Shown here one piece after another: positions 8,821 through 17,797 of a DNA stretch of 64,000 nucleotides. Below the pieces are notes generated by a model. It was not told the origin of the DNA and did no database searches. It saw nothing but the letters and a program-made list of their open reading frames with translations. The position numbers and the translations under genes were made by a program. Source of the stretch: a virus; the IMG/VR virus record IMGVR_UViG_3300027733_000042, positions 26,787 through 90,786 of that record; one strand, given 5' to 3'. Each line of letters begins with the position of its first letter. Position 1 is the stretch's first letter.

Positions 8821-10485
8821 TTAGTATGATGTTTTTGGTCGAGGTACTATTGATTTTATTTGAATATTTACTGAGCCTAGACCTTCTTCTGAAAGTCCAG
8901 CAGAGTATGCATTTCCAAAACGATCTGAGAATCCTCCTCGAATTAATGGAAGTTCAGCGTCGATTGTCACAATATCATTAAATTCATCAAGTCCTGTGTC
9001 TACTGCATTTGGATTTGCAATTTTTGCAAGTTCATTCTTCTGTGAAACGAGGTTGACTGATACTGAATCGACTCCATTTACCCCTTCGATAATTTTAATT
9101 AAATCACTCTTTGGAACACGATTTCTACGAGTATTTTGAATAAAGAACGTGCCTAATGCATTTAATATATCGCGTTTAATAATATCAGTGTCAATATCGT
9201 CAAATACGATAACTGACGTATTAATAACATAATTACTAGGAATCGGATCAAGTATCTTAATATCAGTTGAAATAAGTTTTGATCCAGATTTTTCAATATA
9301 TCTAAGAAGTTCGTTCTTTTGATAGTCAGTTAGGATAAATCGGGCAAGGTCAGCATTAAAGTAATCTTGGCCAGTACTAAAGGTTTTTCTAATATCTGGA
9401 ATCAAGAATAGATTAAGTACACGGTTATCGACTGCATCAAGAAATACAGTGATAACTGAGAATAGTTTAAGTTTTCGAAGTAAGACTTCATAATGATCAG
9501 CATTAACTAGAGCAAAGCTTTTTGACATTCTTGGAGCAATAAGTCGAGTTAAGTTAGAATCTTCAGGATTTGACCCAAAAAATGGCGGATGTGTTGTTAT
9601 AACATCAATATAGTCATTTAGATTAATTTCATCGCCTAAAATACTAAAACCGGTATCGATGAATTCAAATTGAACTTTACCTGGATCATTTGTTCTAATA
9701 TTTCCATTTGCTCCCTCAGTAACAAGATATTCTACTGAGATATCTGAACCGAAACTTGGAATTTTGCCATAATTGCCGTTTCCAAAATAAAGATCGATTC
9801 CGCTAGTTATTCCAGTTTTAACCATGTATGCATTATCGCCCCTAGGCATGTCTAACATAGAATCATATTTGGTCCATTTTTCACCATTTACATAAACATT
9901 TACATAGAAATTATCTACATAGAAATTTTGTGGGCTACCGATTGAGAAACTATCGATTGCGACACCCTTTGCGGTAACTGTCTGAGTTTCAACGACTCCT
10001 TGACGAATTTGTAATTTCGTACCATTATCCTTGCCGCTAAATGAAAATTTAACTTCATCTTGTGGAAGATCTAAGATATATGTTAGTCCATTATTTAGAC
10101 AGCGCAGCCTGGTTAAATTTGGAACAATTACAAAATCATATTGTGCGTCAACTGCAGCTACGTTCGTAGAAAGCTTTATCTCACCGATTGCTGAGACTGC
10201 ACGACTTGCATTGTGGCCAGTAAGACTGGCTAATGAATAAACTGAGGTTAATCGAGTTGCTTCATTTATATTAAGTTCAGTAATTGCATCTTCAATATAG
10301 TAGAAAACCAGCTGAGTTAAATTCTCTACAACTAAGAGTAATTGTCCGAAAGGTGACGCTGCCGTGAAAACTACACGGTTCTGATCAAATTTACTGGTTA
10401 AGTAATTTATTGACTGACCGAGTATATCCTCGACATAAATGCTAAGTCGTGTAAAGACTTTAAAATTTTCAGTTGCACTAGTCAT
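8821..10485 (-). CDS. baseplate wedge subunit (T4 gp6 / baseplate J-like)
   Basis: ELNINEA...SVYSLASLTGH, LYFGNGNYGKIP, VEYLVTEGANGN, ALVNADHYE and IIEGVNGVDSV motifs. Confidence 0.85.
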   Translation of the reverse strand: MTSATENFKVFTRLSIYVEDILGQSINYLTSKFDQNRVVFTAASPFGQLLLVVENLTQLVFYYIEDAITELNINEATRLTSVYSLASLTGHNASRAVSAIGEIKLSTNVAAVDAQYDFVIVPNLTRLRCLNNGLTYILDLPQDEVKFSFSGKDNGTKLQIRQGVVETQTVTAKGVAIDSFSIGSPQNFYVDNFYVNVYVNGEKWTKYDSMLDMPRGDNAYMVKTGITSGIDLYFGNGNYGKIPSFGSDISVEYLVTEGANGNIRTNDPGKVQFEFIDTGFSILGDEINLNDYIDVITTHPPFFGSNPEDSNLTRLIAPRMSKSFALVNADHYEVLLRKLKLFSVITVFLDAVDNRVLNLFLIPDIRKTFSTGQDYFNADLARFILTDYQKNELLRYIEKSGSKLISTDIKILDPIPSNYVINTSVIVFDDIDTDIIKRDILNALGTFFIQNTRRNRVPKSDLIKIIEGVNGVDSVSVNLVSQKNELAKIANPNAVDTGLDEFNDIVTIDAELPLIRGGFSDRFGNAYSAGLSEEGLGSVNIQIKSIVPRPKTSY

Positions 10486-10520
10486 TTAGTATAATTTCTT
10501 TAGATTATTTATATCAGCAA

Positions 10521-10547
10521 AAACTTTTTTAAGCTTTTCTATATAAT
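10521..10547 (+). promoter_or_regulatory. promoter AAAC-N17-TATAAT upstream of tmRNA
   Basis: AAAC 10521-24, TATAAT 10542-47; same architecture recurs before S1, H1-like and SSB genes. Confidence 0.6.
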
Positions 10548-10580
10548 ACTCAGGATAGATAATATAGATCTAGCAAATAT

Positions 10581-10963
10581 GGGGTCGCCCGGTTTTGACA
10601 GGTAATTTAGTTCTTTGAAGTGCAGGCCGTGTTAGTATTGGAAACACGTTAATCACCTATATACATTTTAAATGACGAAAAGTCAACTTTCACTTTCGAA
10701 GACGCAATGTCTTTCGTTGGTGCTGATTACGCAGTATCTGCATAGTCACTAGGTCGCACTTACCTGTTTTAAAAAATGTGCACCATCAAGGCACTACGGA
10801 TAGACGTGAGGCATACAGTAAGCCGTTATGAGAGTGAGAAGGAAACTCATTATAAACTGTCCAGAAAACCAAAAATTTTGTCTGTTTCGAAAAATAGACT
10901 AAGCTTGTGAATGAATTTCATCGATCAGTTATTTGGACGAGGGTTCGATTCCCTCCGACTCCA
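10581..10963 (+). ncRNA. ssrA: tmRNA (phage-encoded); tag (A)DEKSTFTFEDAMSFVGADYAVSA*
   Basis: 5' GGGGTCG pairs with 3' CGACTCC-A, including the G3:U alanine determinant. T-arm GAGGGTTCGATTCCCTC, 5' GGTTTTGAC, 3' TAAGCTTGTGA. Tag frame 10674-10745 follows TTAAAT. CCA is not encoded. Confidence 0.93.
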
Positions 10964-11054
10964 CGGGAATACGTCTAAGTGGTGAATTGAGAAAGAAATA
11001 TAAAACTTTCTCGCCATTTTGATGTATAAATAATAAAAAAATACAAATATTACT

Positions 11055-11237
11055 ATGAAAAAGATGATCGTGTTATGCATTGCAATGTCTATCTTGGCTT
11101 CATGTGGAAGTAACAGTGCGCCTGCAACAACAGCGACCGTTGATTCTACTAAAGTTGCGGTTGACTCAAGTGCTTGCTGCCCAGCAGTAGACACTGCAAA
11201 AACAGTTGACACAGCGAAAGTTGTGAAAGTAAAGTAA
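11055..11237 (+). CDS. small lipoprotein with VD(S/T) repeats
   Basis: Signal peptide II MKKMIVLCIAMSILAS-C; own promoter motifs and terminator. Confidence 0.8.
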   Translation: MKKMIVLCIAMSILASCGSNSAPATTATVDSTKVAVDSSACCPAVDTAKTVDTAKVVKVK

Positions 11238-11260
11238 TTACTCTTACTTAACGGAAATTA

Positions 11261-11287
11261 AAAGGGATCCAATTGGGTCCCTTTTTT
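11261..11287 (+). terminator. Rho-independent terminator
   Basis: AAAGGGATCC-AATT-GGGTCCCTTTTTT. Confidence 0.85.
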
Positions 11288-11288
11288 G

Positions 11289-11296
11289 TATAAATA
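11289..11296 (+). promoter_or_regulatory. T4-type late promoter TATAAATA (representative of about 14 ATAAATA sites)
   Basis: Exact T4 late consensus 17 nt before an ATG; a gp55-like sigma is encoded in the window. Confidence 0.7.
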
Positions 11297-11313
11297 GAAT
11301 AAAGGTATCTTTC

Positions 11314-12633
11314 ATGTTTAAATCAATTTCAAATAAAGAAATTTATGACAATTCAAGTCTATCCTTTGTATTTGAATTCTTTACCCCACTAAATAAAAGA
11401 GAGGCAGCTGCAAAGTTTGCTAGAGCACTAGGTAAACATGTAAAATGGTTTGTCGATATCGAAAAAGGTAGCGAACCCACATATGAATCATTTACCGTAG
11501 CTCCAAGATATTCAAACGGATATAAGGAGATTACTCTATCTACTGGTTTTTTACCATACCAGGAAGCAGTTCACATGTTCTTAAAAACAATGAATGTGAT
11601 TGAAAGTATTGGGTACACAACGGACAGATGTTCAGTAAAGACTAGAATTCGTCTTGATGAGTCAAACTTAAAATTACCAATTAAACTTGACAAATTAAAC
11701 AAGTTTAAATATCTGCTTGGAATCAACGAGGAAGAATTATTTAACCTCTGGCCAGTACAACAAAATGAAAATCGTAAGTTATATCAAAATCACTTAAATT
11801 TTATTCAGCCTAGAGATATTTACAATACTGTCGTTACTGAACGCTTTATTGAACGTATGGATCCAACTGAATTCAAATTTCCAGAATCAGATTTCTTTGC
11901 AAATGACTTTTCTGAATTAGGAGAAGGTAATCTTGTAATCAATTATATCGGTGGTAAAGATTATACGAAGAAGAAGAAAGAGGCAGTTTCTGCAATTAAT
12001 CTAGTAATAGAACATTTATTTACGACAATGTCTTCAAATTATTCATACACGGTAGAGGAGAAGAGAAAGATTAATACGATAGTTAACGAATTTAGAACAT
12101 CAATTGACGGTACTCGTAATTATTTTAATTTTAAAATGTTGTACCCAAATATTTCAGTTTATATTGATCTAAAGGATGACCCTCGAATCGTTGAAGCAAA
12201 CTACACGATTCTACGCGAAAAGGTATTTAAGTTAATAGTCGGCGGTGGAATAACTGAAGCTACTATAAACTATGATAGCCGCAGAAAAGCAGTTCAAGTA
12301 AAAGATGCGGTTCTAAAGAAAAGTATCTTAATTGAGGGTATCGAGTTTTATCAGTGTCAAATTGAAGCAGATGCACATCTATGTTTATTTGAAGGTTGCA
12401 CAATTAAACACTCAAAATTACAAGAGTGTACTATCTTCTCAAATAATATCATCAAAGGTTCTAAAATAATTGATTGTGATTACTTAGGTGGAGAAAATGA
12501 GATTAGCATGAGCTATCTAGATAACTCAGAAACAAAGATGATTAATGCTGAACTTAAGGAGTGTCTTGTAAATCGAGGTAAATTCACAATAAATTCAACT
12601 GTTGACAAATCAACAAAAATTATTAAAAAGTAA
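11314..12633 (+). CDS. amidoligase-like (COOH-NH2 ligase) protein with degenerate active site and C-terminal beta-solenoid repeats
   Basis: Motif order FVFEFF / TGFLPYQEA / GYTTDRCSVK / LVINYIGG follows phage amidoligases; perfect TATAAATA at 11289-96. Confidence 0.55.
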   Translation: MFKSISNKEIYDNSSLSFVFEFFTPLNKREAAAKFARALGKHVKWFVDIEKGSEPTYESFTVAPRYSNGYKEITLSTGFLPYQEAVHMFLKTMNVIESIGYTTDRCSVKTRIRLDESNLKLPIKLDKLNKFKYLLGINEEELFNLWPVQQNENRKLYQNHLNFIQPRDIYNTVVTERFIERMDPTEFKFPESDFFANDFSELGEGNLVINYIGGKDYTKKKKEAVSAINLVIEHLFTTMSSNYSYTVEEKRKINTIVNEFRTSIDGTRNYFNFKMLYPNISVYIDLKDDPRIVEANYTILREKVFKLIVGGGITEATINYDSRRKAVQVKDAVLKKSILIEGIEFYQCQIEADAHLCLFEGCTIKHSKLQECTIFSNNIIKGSKIIDCDYLGGENEISMSYLDNSETKMINAELKECLVNRGKFTINSTVDKSTKIIKK

Positions 12634-12694
12634 TAGGTGTAGTATATTCTAACTGCCCGATTCTTTAATAAATAATAAAAATAACTTATACAGG

Positions 12695-15600
12695 ATGCCT
12701 GTTTATAAAAATTTAAAGGCTGTGCGCAAATTAACAAACTCAAGTCTGACATCAATTATTGATATCACAAATTTGAACTTTGCGAGCCTTTCTAATGCAA
12801 ATTTAGAATTTTTAACAAATATTAAATATGATGAGGTTTTAAATACTTTTCAAGTATACCGCGGAACATTTGATTTTGTGAATATTACTGATAAGCTTAG
12901 CTTGACACTAGATGGAATCCCAACATTTACAATTGACTCACTAGGCCGTGCTGAAGGGCAGCAGTTATTAGTTAAAGTAGCTGAAACAAAACGTCAGCGT
13001 TTTACTGATTTTAATGATTGGCCAGAGATTGGTGTTCCAGGTGAAATAATTTACACTGGGATTCAAAACCAACGCCCACAATTTGGAGAAGACTTTATTG
13101 GATATCTTCAGAGTCGTGGATGGGTAAGTTTAACTGAGCCAAATGCTGCAGCATTCTTAACACTATATGAATTAGCAGGAAGTCCACCAGTACCAGCATG
13201 TCCAGCAGCAAATACTGGAATAATTTGGGTAGGTCCTCCAGGTTATGAAACAGCAACTGTTCCAACTACACAAACTCTATATTATACTGATGAAAACTGT
13301 AATATCTACGATCTTACTGGCGGAGGAGGAGGCGGAGCAACACTAATTTCAATCACATATGCACAATTAGTAACAGCAATTGGTGCTGGAACTCTTATAC
13401 CAGGTCAGCAATATTTACTGACTAATTATCAAACAGTATATGACCAGCCAGATTATGATAATAGTGGAGCGATAAAATATCCAATTGTCACAAAGACCGG
13501 AACGGTGGAGCCTCTAATTCTTACTGCAACATCCACGACAACCATCTCGGCAACTGCACTATCTGCTGTTTGGCCAGGAGATAGAATTCAATATGATTGG
13601 AGCTTTTCGTTCACTGAACTTGGGTTACAACCTGCACTTGGAAGAATCTCAGAGCGAATTACAGCAGACGATAATAATAGAACAAGTTATGACCATCGTG
13701 CCGTATTATTTAAAAGATATGCAGATACATTAACTGGCTGCTTTACTGAAATTAACGAACCTTATCCTGGTGCAACATATCGAGACGATACACCTACATT
13801 TGGAGTAGAATGTGATAATATGTTCCTCGGCGGAATCTTTGATGGATTTGGATTTGACGATCCAGCATTTATTGTACCTAATAGTATCTTTGGCGATTAC
13901 TGCGAAAGTGTTACTACTGGAGGCGATTTTTATAATAATACGATTGGGTCATTTGATCCAGTCGGACTTGGAGCATTCTGTTACGGTACAGTATTTGGGC
14001 ACTGGTGTCATAATAATAAAATCGGCGATGGGTTTTACAATAACCGCATTTTTAACGAGTTTTCTAATAACGTAATTGGTAGCGATTTTAACCAAAACGA
14101 TATTGGAAACGGCTTTAGCGAAAACCTTATTGGCAATAGCTTTATTCAAAATACGATTCTAAGCAATTTTAAAAAAAATATTATTTCAGATAGCGTATTT
14201 TTATCAAACGTTATTGATGATGATTTTTTGGGAAACGAAATAACAAAGACGACATTTCAAAACAATAGCATTGAGGATTATTTTCAAAATAATACTATTG
14301 GGGATAGCTATTTTTCAAGTGGCTTTTTCCAAAATAATCAAATCGGTGATTCCTGTTCCAATAACTATATGAGTAATTTTACAGCGAATCAGATTGGATT
14401 TAGCTTTTTTGGGAATGGATCTAAATTTGCGTATATTGATACATTCGATGGAAACCGAATTGGTGACCATTTTGAGAAAAATTTTGCATATAATTTTTAT
14501 AATAATAGAATCGGGGATTACTTTAATAATAATGGATCGCCTGAGTCAAAAACCGGCAGAGTTGCTACGTTTTCTTCAGCTATAACATTTCCAACTGCTG
14601 GAGGGTATACTACTGGAACATATTTAGATATTCCAACACTTGGTGCAGGTATCGGATTTACGGTAGATATTGTCGTAGATGGTGCTGGCACAATTGCAAA
14701 TTTTAGTGATATTGTTTTAAATTCTCAAGGAACTGGTTATCAAACTGGTAATATTGTTGTAATTGATGGAGCAGAACTTGGCGGAGTTAGTGGAGTTGAC
14801 GATATTGAACTTATGATTGAATCTATTTCATTTGTAGCAAATTACTGTTACGAATTTCATGATAATATTATCGGAAACTACTTTCAGACTGGCAATCAGG
14901 TAAATAATTTAAGCTCAAATAAAATCGGAGATTATTTTCAGACAAATGGTGATCAAAACACTCCATGTTCAGACATGAAGAATAATGTAATCGGTGACGG
15001 CTTTAAATTAAATTTTGTAAATACGTTTAATAGCAATCACATAGGCAATGACTTTGTAGGCAATACTGGCTGGTCAAAGAATTCAGTATTTAGTAATTTT
15101 ATATCTAATCAAATTGGTGATAATTGTCATCTAAATAAAATGCCTGATGTCTTCGGTAGCAATAAAATCGGTAACGACTTTTTTAGGAATACTTTTCAAG
15201 GACAGGAGGCTAGCAGTAATTTACAATATTTTGGAATTAATCCAGAGACTGAGCAAAATGATGGAAACGTGATTGGTGACTACTTTGCATACAATGCCTT
15301 TTCCAGTGTAACTGGTAAACTTCACTTTACTGGAAACCATATTGGAAACTACTTCGGCGGACGACTCGATGGTAAAAATGGTCCAGGAAATACTATTTCT
15401 GGAGGGCAGCCGTTTGCAGACAATTATATCGGAAATGATTTTTTCTCAAATTATATTTATTTAGATGGAAGTGGCAAAGCTGGATTTATCGGTAATACTA
15501 TTGGAACTAAATTTTGGTATAATGCGATACACGGAGACTTTTCATATAATACACTTGGTAGTTTCTTTCAAACAAATGTGAGCAACGGATTCCAATATAA

Positions 15601-15763
15601 CTGGACCCAATATGCGGTGATTGGTGTAGATTTTACGGCCAACCCAGCAACTCATGTTTATAACCCATATACATGTAATATATTTGCGAATTCTACTGGA
15701 ACTCTGAGATTAAGTTATTTCGATAATTTGGATGTTCAAATAATAACTGATCCTGATCTATAA
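12695..15763 (+). CDS. tail fibre / receptor-binding protein with Asn-rich beta-helix repeats
   Basis: More than 30 approximate 9-aa N-x-I-G-x-x-F repeats, poly-Gly linker, late promoter motif. Confidence 0.75.
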   Translation: MPVYKNLKAVRKLTNSSLTSIIDITNLNFASLSNANLEFLTNIKYDEVLNTFQVYRGTFDFVNITDKLSLTLDGIPTFTIDSLGRAEGQQLLVKVAETKRQRFTDFNDWPEIGVPGEIIYTGIQNQRPQFGEDFIGYLQSRGWVSLTEPNAAAFLTLYELAGSPPVPACPAANTGIIWVGPPGYETATVPTTQTLYYTDENCNIYDLTGGGGGGATLISITYAQLVTAIGAGTLIPGQQYLLTNYQTVYDQPDYDNSGAIKYPIVTKTGTVEPLILTATSTTTISATALSAVWPGDRIQYDWSFSFTELGLQPALGRISERITADDNNRTSYDHRAVLFKRYADTLTGCFTEINEPYPGATYRDDTPTFGVECDNMFLGGIFDGFGFDDPAFIVPNSIFGDYCESVTTGGDFYNNTIGSFDPVGLGAFCYGTVFGHWCHNNKIGDGFYNNRIFNEFSNNVIGSDFNQNDIGNGFSENLIGNSFIQNTILSNFKKNIISDSVFLSNVIDDDFLGNEITKTTFQNNSIEDYFQNNTIGDSYFSSGFFQNNQIGDSCSNNYMSNFTANQIGFSFFGNGSKFAYIDTFDGNRIGDHFEKNFAYNFYNNRIGDYFNNNGSPESKTGRVATFSSAITFPTAGGYTTGTYLDIPTLGAGIGFTVDIVVDGAGTIANFSDIVLNSQGTGYQTGNIVVIDGAELGGVSGVDDIELMIESISFVANYCYEFHDNIIGNYFQTGNQVNNLSSNKIGDYFQTNGDQNTPCSDMKNNVIGDGFKLNFVNTFNSNHIGNDFVGNTGWSKNSVFSNFISNQIGDNCHLNKMPDVFGSNKIGNDFFRNTFQGQEASSNLQYFGINPETEQNDGNVIGDYFAYNAFSSVTGKLHFTGNHIGNYFGGRLDGKNGPGNTISGGQPFADNYIGNDFFSNYIYLDGSGKAGFIGNTIGTKFWYNAIHGDFSYNTLGSFFQTNVSNGFQYNWTQYAVIGVDFTANPATHVYNPYTCNIFANSTGTLRLSYFDNLDVQIITDPDL

Positions 15764-15779
15764 TCAAATAAAAAATAAC

Positions 15780-16313
15780 ATGGCAGCAGCACAAGAGTCA
15801 ATTTTGGCAAATCTTGAAAATAACTTAAATGATACTATTTTAAAAGAGATTAATGCTCGAGTAAAACTTGAGGTTAATGCGTATGAGATACTAAATAGAC
15901 AAATACTTAAGAATATAAAAAGTAAAGCTATTTTAGAAACTCAAAATCAGAATGATCCAGCAGTTGCCAATCAACTGCATCAATTAACTTCGCAATTAGC
16001 AGATGACACAAAAACTTTTCTTGATGCTACCCAAACAGTAGAGATTAATGGTCAAGCGGCTGGCAGCCTTGCTAGCAAAATTGTGGAAGAGATATTTGCA
16101 GCTCAACCGGTGGCGGCAATTAAAACACCGGCGCTAATTAAATTAGAAGAGACCGCAATTAAAACAAAGGGTAATATTCAAATTACTGCAGCGTATGTTC
16201 AAACCATGCTGGATAATCAATTCCGCTTGAACAATATTCGAAATAAAAGAACTACTGACTCCGTAAAGAATTTTGTTGCTGAACTTACTGTTAAAACGAA
16301 AGCCGTAATTTAA
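15780..16313 (+). CDS. hypothetical alpha-helical protein
   Basis: ORF following the fibre gene. Confidence 0.7.
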   Translation: MAAAQESILANLENNLNDTILKEINARVKLEVNAYEILNRQILKNIKSKAILETQNQNDPAVANQLHQLTSQLADDTKTFLDATQTVEINGQAAGSLASKIVEEIFAAQPVAAIKTPALIKLEETAIKTKGNIQITAAYVQTMLDNQFRLNNIRNKRTTDSVKNFVAELTVKTKAVI

Positions 16314-16858
16314 TCGAAATCTAATTCGATATCAAAATCAAAGTATTTAAACTTTGCAGTAAATGTTCTGAAATCAGGAGTACCTGAACTATATGACAGC
16401 TTAAATCCGTCTTGGCCTGTTAAGATTGGGCGTTGAAAAATAATTGACGCTACAAGATAACCCTGATTATCAAGTAAAGAGAGTCGCATCGGCGGAAAGG
16501 TCGGAGTCTTATTACTAAAATCCAAATAGTCTTTACTGTTTTCAAGAAAGATAAAGTAATTTAAGTACGCATCAGTCAACTTAAAAGTGATTGAAAATGT
16601 TCGAGTAAACAAATCAGGTATCTGAACAGCATTCTTAAAATCCTGTTTCTTACCAAATAGTCGAGTCTGAACAACTGGATCCATTTCCCATCCTGGAAAA
16701 TCTACACTTTGGATAGTGGATGACATAAAGTCATTAATACTATCATATGGTAGTATTAAACTCTGATAATACTTTTTATATTTCTCCTTTACTCGATCAT
16801 TAAAATAATCTGGCGGAAAGGAGAAGATAAATCCATTTTGTCTTGCGTTCAATAACAT
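16310..16858 (-). CDS. tail tube terminator (T4 gp3-like)
   Basis: QSVDFPG and LSLLDN...VASIIFQRP...LSY...FTAKFKY pattern parallels T4 gp3; next to gp15/gp14-like genes. Confidence 0.7.
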   Translation of the reverse strand: MLLNARQNGFIFSFPPDYFNDRVKEKYKKYYQSLILPYDSINDFMSSTIQSVDFPGWEMDPVVQTRLFGKKQDFKNAVQIPDLFTRTFSITFKLTDAYLNYFIFLENSKDYLDFSNKTPTFPPMRLSLLDNQGYLVASIIFQRPILTGQDGFKLSYSSGTPDFRTFTAKFKYFDFDIELDFD

Positions 16859-16891
16859 TATTTGCCTACGTTTTTTACATTTGCCCAGCTC

Positions 16892-16996
16892 TTACTTGGC
16901 AATCGATAATTCATGAGTAGCATGATATTTCAATTCATTTGAAATTTCTAAACTCTCTCCTATAAATTGGATAAAACTTTTTAATCTTGTTTCCAT
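16892..16996 (-). CDS. 34-aa mini-ORF with capsid-targeting-like N-terminus (possible gene remnant)
   Basis: METRLKSFIQFIGESLEISNELKYHATHELSIAK*; ATAAATA motif at 17004-17010. Confidence 0.5.
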   Translation of the reverse strand: METRLKSFIQFIGESLEISNELKYHATHELSIAK

Positions 16997-17006
16997 ATTA
17001 TATTAT

Positions 17007-17792
17007 TTATTCAGACGGTGGAAAATCAGGATCAATAAACACGCTATCTAGTGGCGAATTTGATCCGCTTTGAGATTCGCGTAAATTGATCTGCTTAATA
17101 GTATTTCCTTTGTAGAATGTCGAATGGTCGTCAAAACTAGGGAAATATGTTTCGACATCTAAGTTTAATGTGATTGAGACAGTATTCGTATCAGTATATG
17201 AAAATGCATAATTCTTTTGAAAGTCAGCATTATCTGGAAAGACAATTTGTGCTGGAACTCGAAGACCTCTAAATTGAAAATATCTCACTTGATTCTTATA
17301 ATAGAAATCAAAGATTTTTTCGATTATCTTAAATGTCTTATTAATATTGTCGCTTTCAATTTTTACTGCATATTTTAGTGCAATTGGCATTGTAAATAAT
17401 CTAGATGAAAAAGCTTTCATCTGTTTCTCGTCATTCGCATCACGAGTCTCCTGAGTAAACGTTCCACGAACATACTTATTTGTAATATCTGTTGATTTGA
17501 TTGCAAAAGAGCTTAGCGTTACAATTCCGCGAGGCATCTGTTCATAATTTCCTTCTACATGTTTTGGGTATTTACAATCGGTTGGTAATTCTACAAAGAA
17601 ATCTTTCATGAATCCTTCGTCTCCACCGAAATTATAAAAGAATGGAATTTCATGCTTAGTAACTACATCATCTCTCTTAAGATCAATAATAACATTTCGA
17701 TTTAATAAGTCAAGCAGAGTAAGCGTTGCGTTTCTCATGAAAACGTCTTGTGTATTCTCATTTCTTATATTTTCATGTGTTGAACTCTTCAT
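17007..17792 (-). CDS. tail sheath stabiliser/terminator (T4 gp15-like)
   Basis: HEIPFFY, MPRGIVTLSSF and MPIALKYAV motifs; downstream of the neck gene. Confidence 0.7.
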   Translation of the reverse strand: MKSSTHENIRNENTQDVFMRNATLTLLDLLNRNVIIDLKRDDVVTKHEIPFFYNFGGDEGFMKDFFVELPTDCKYPKHVEGNYEQMPRGIVTLSSFAIKSTDITNKYVRGTFTQETRDANDEKQMKAFSSRLFTMPIALKYAVKIESDNINKTFKIIEKIFDFYYKNQVRYFQFRGLRVPAQIVFPDNADFQKNYAFSYTDTNTVSITLNLDVETYFPSFDDHSTFYKGNTIKQINLRESQSGSNSPLDSVFIDPDFPPSE

Positions 17793-17797
17793 TTAGA

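Noticed and set aside
10672-10752. ATG-initiated alternative frame inside the tmRNA
   Set aside because: The GAC frame has the proper resume context and the YAxxA ending; the ATG frame has no supporting features.
10931-10963. tRNA gene or prophage attachment site
   Set aside because: It is the 3' tRNA-like half of the tmRNA. No integrase or duplicated 3' end was seen.
10925-11212. 95-aa minus-strand ORF
   Set aside because: Antisense shadow of the lipoprotein gene and the tmRNA 3' end; its PWSRRESNP segment is just the reverse of the T-arm.
13900-15600. Diversity-generating retroelement target or nucleotide repeat array (Asn-rich repeats)
   Set aside because: The repeats are degenerate and at protein level only. 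No reverse transcriptase or TR/VR pair was seen in the window.
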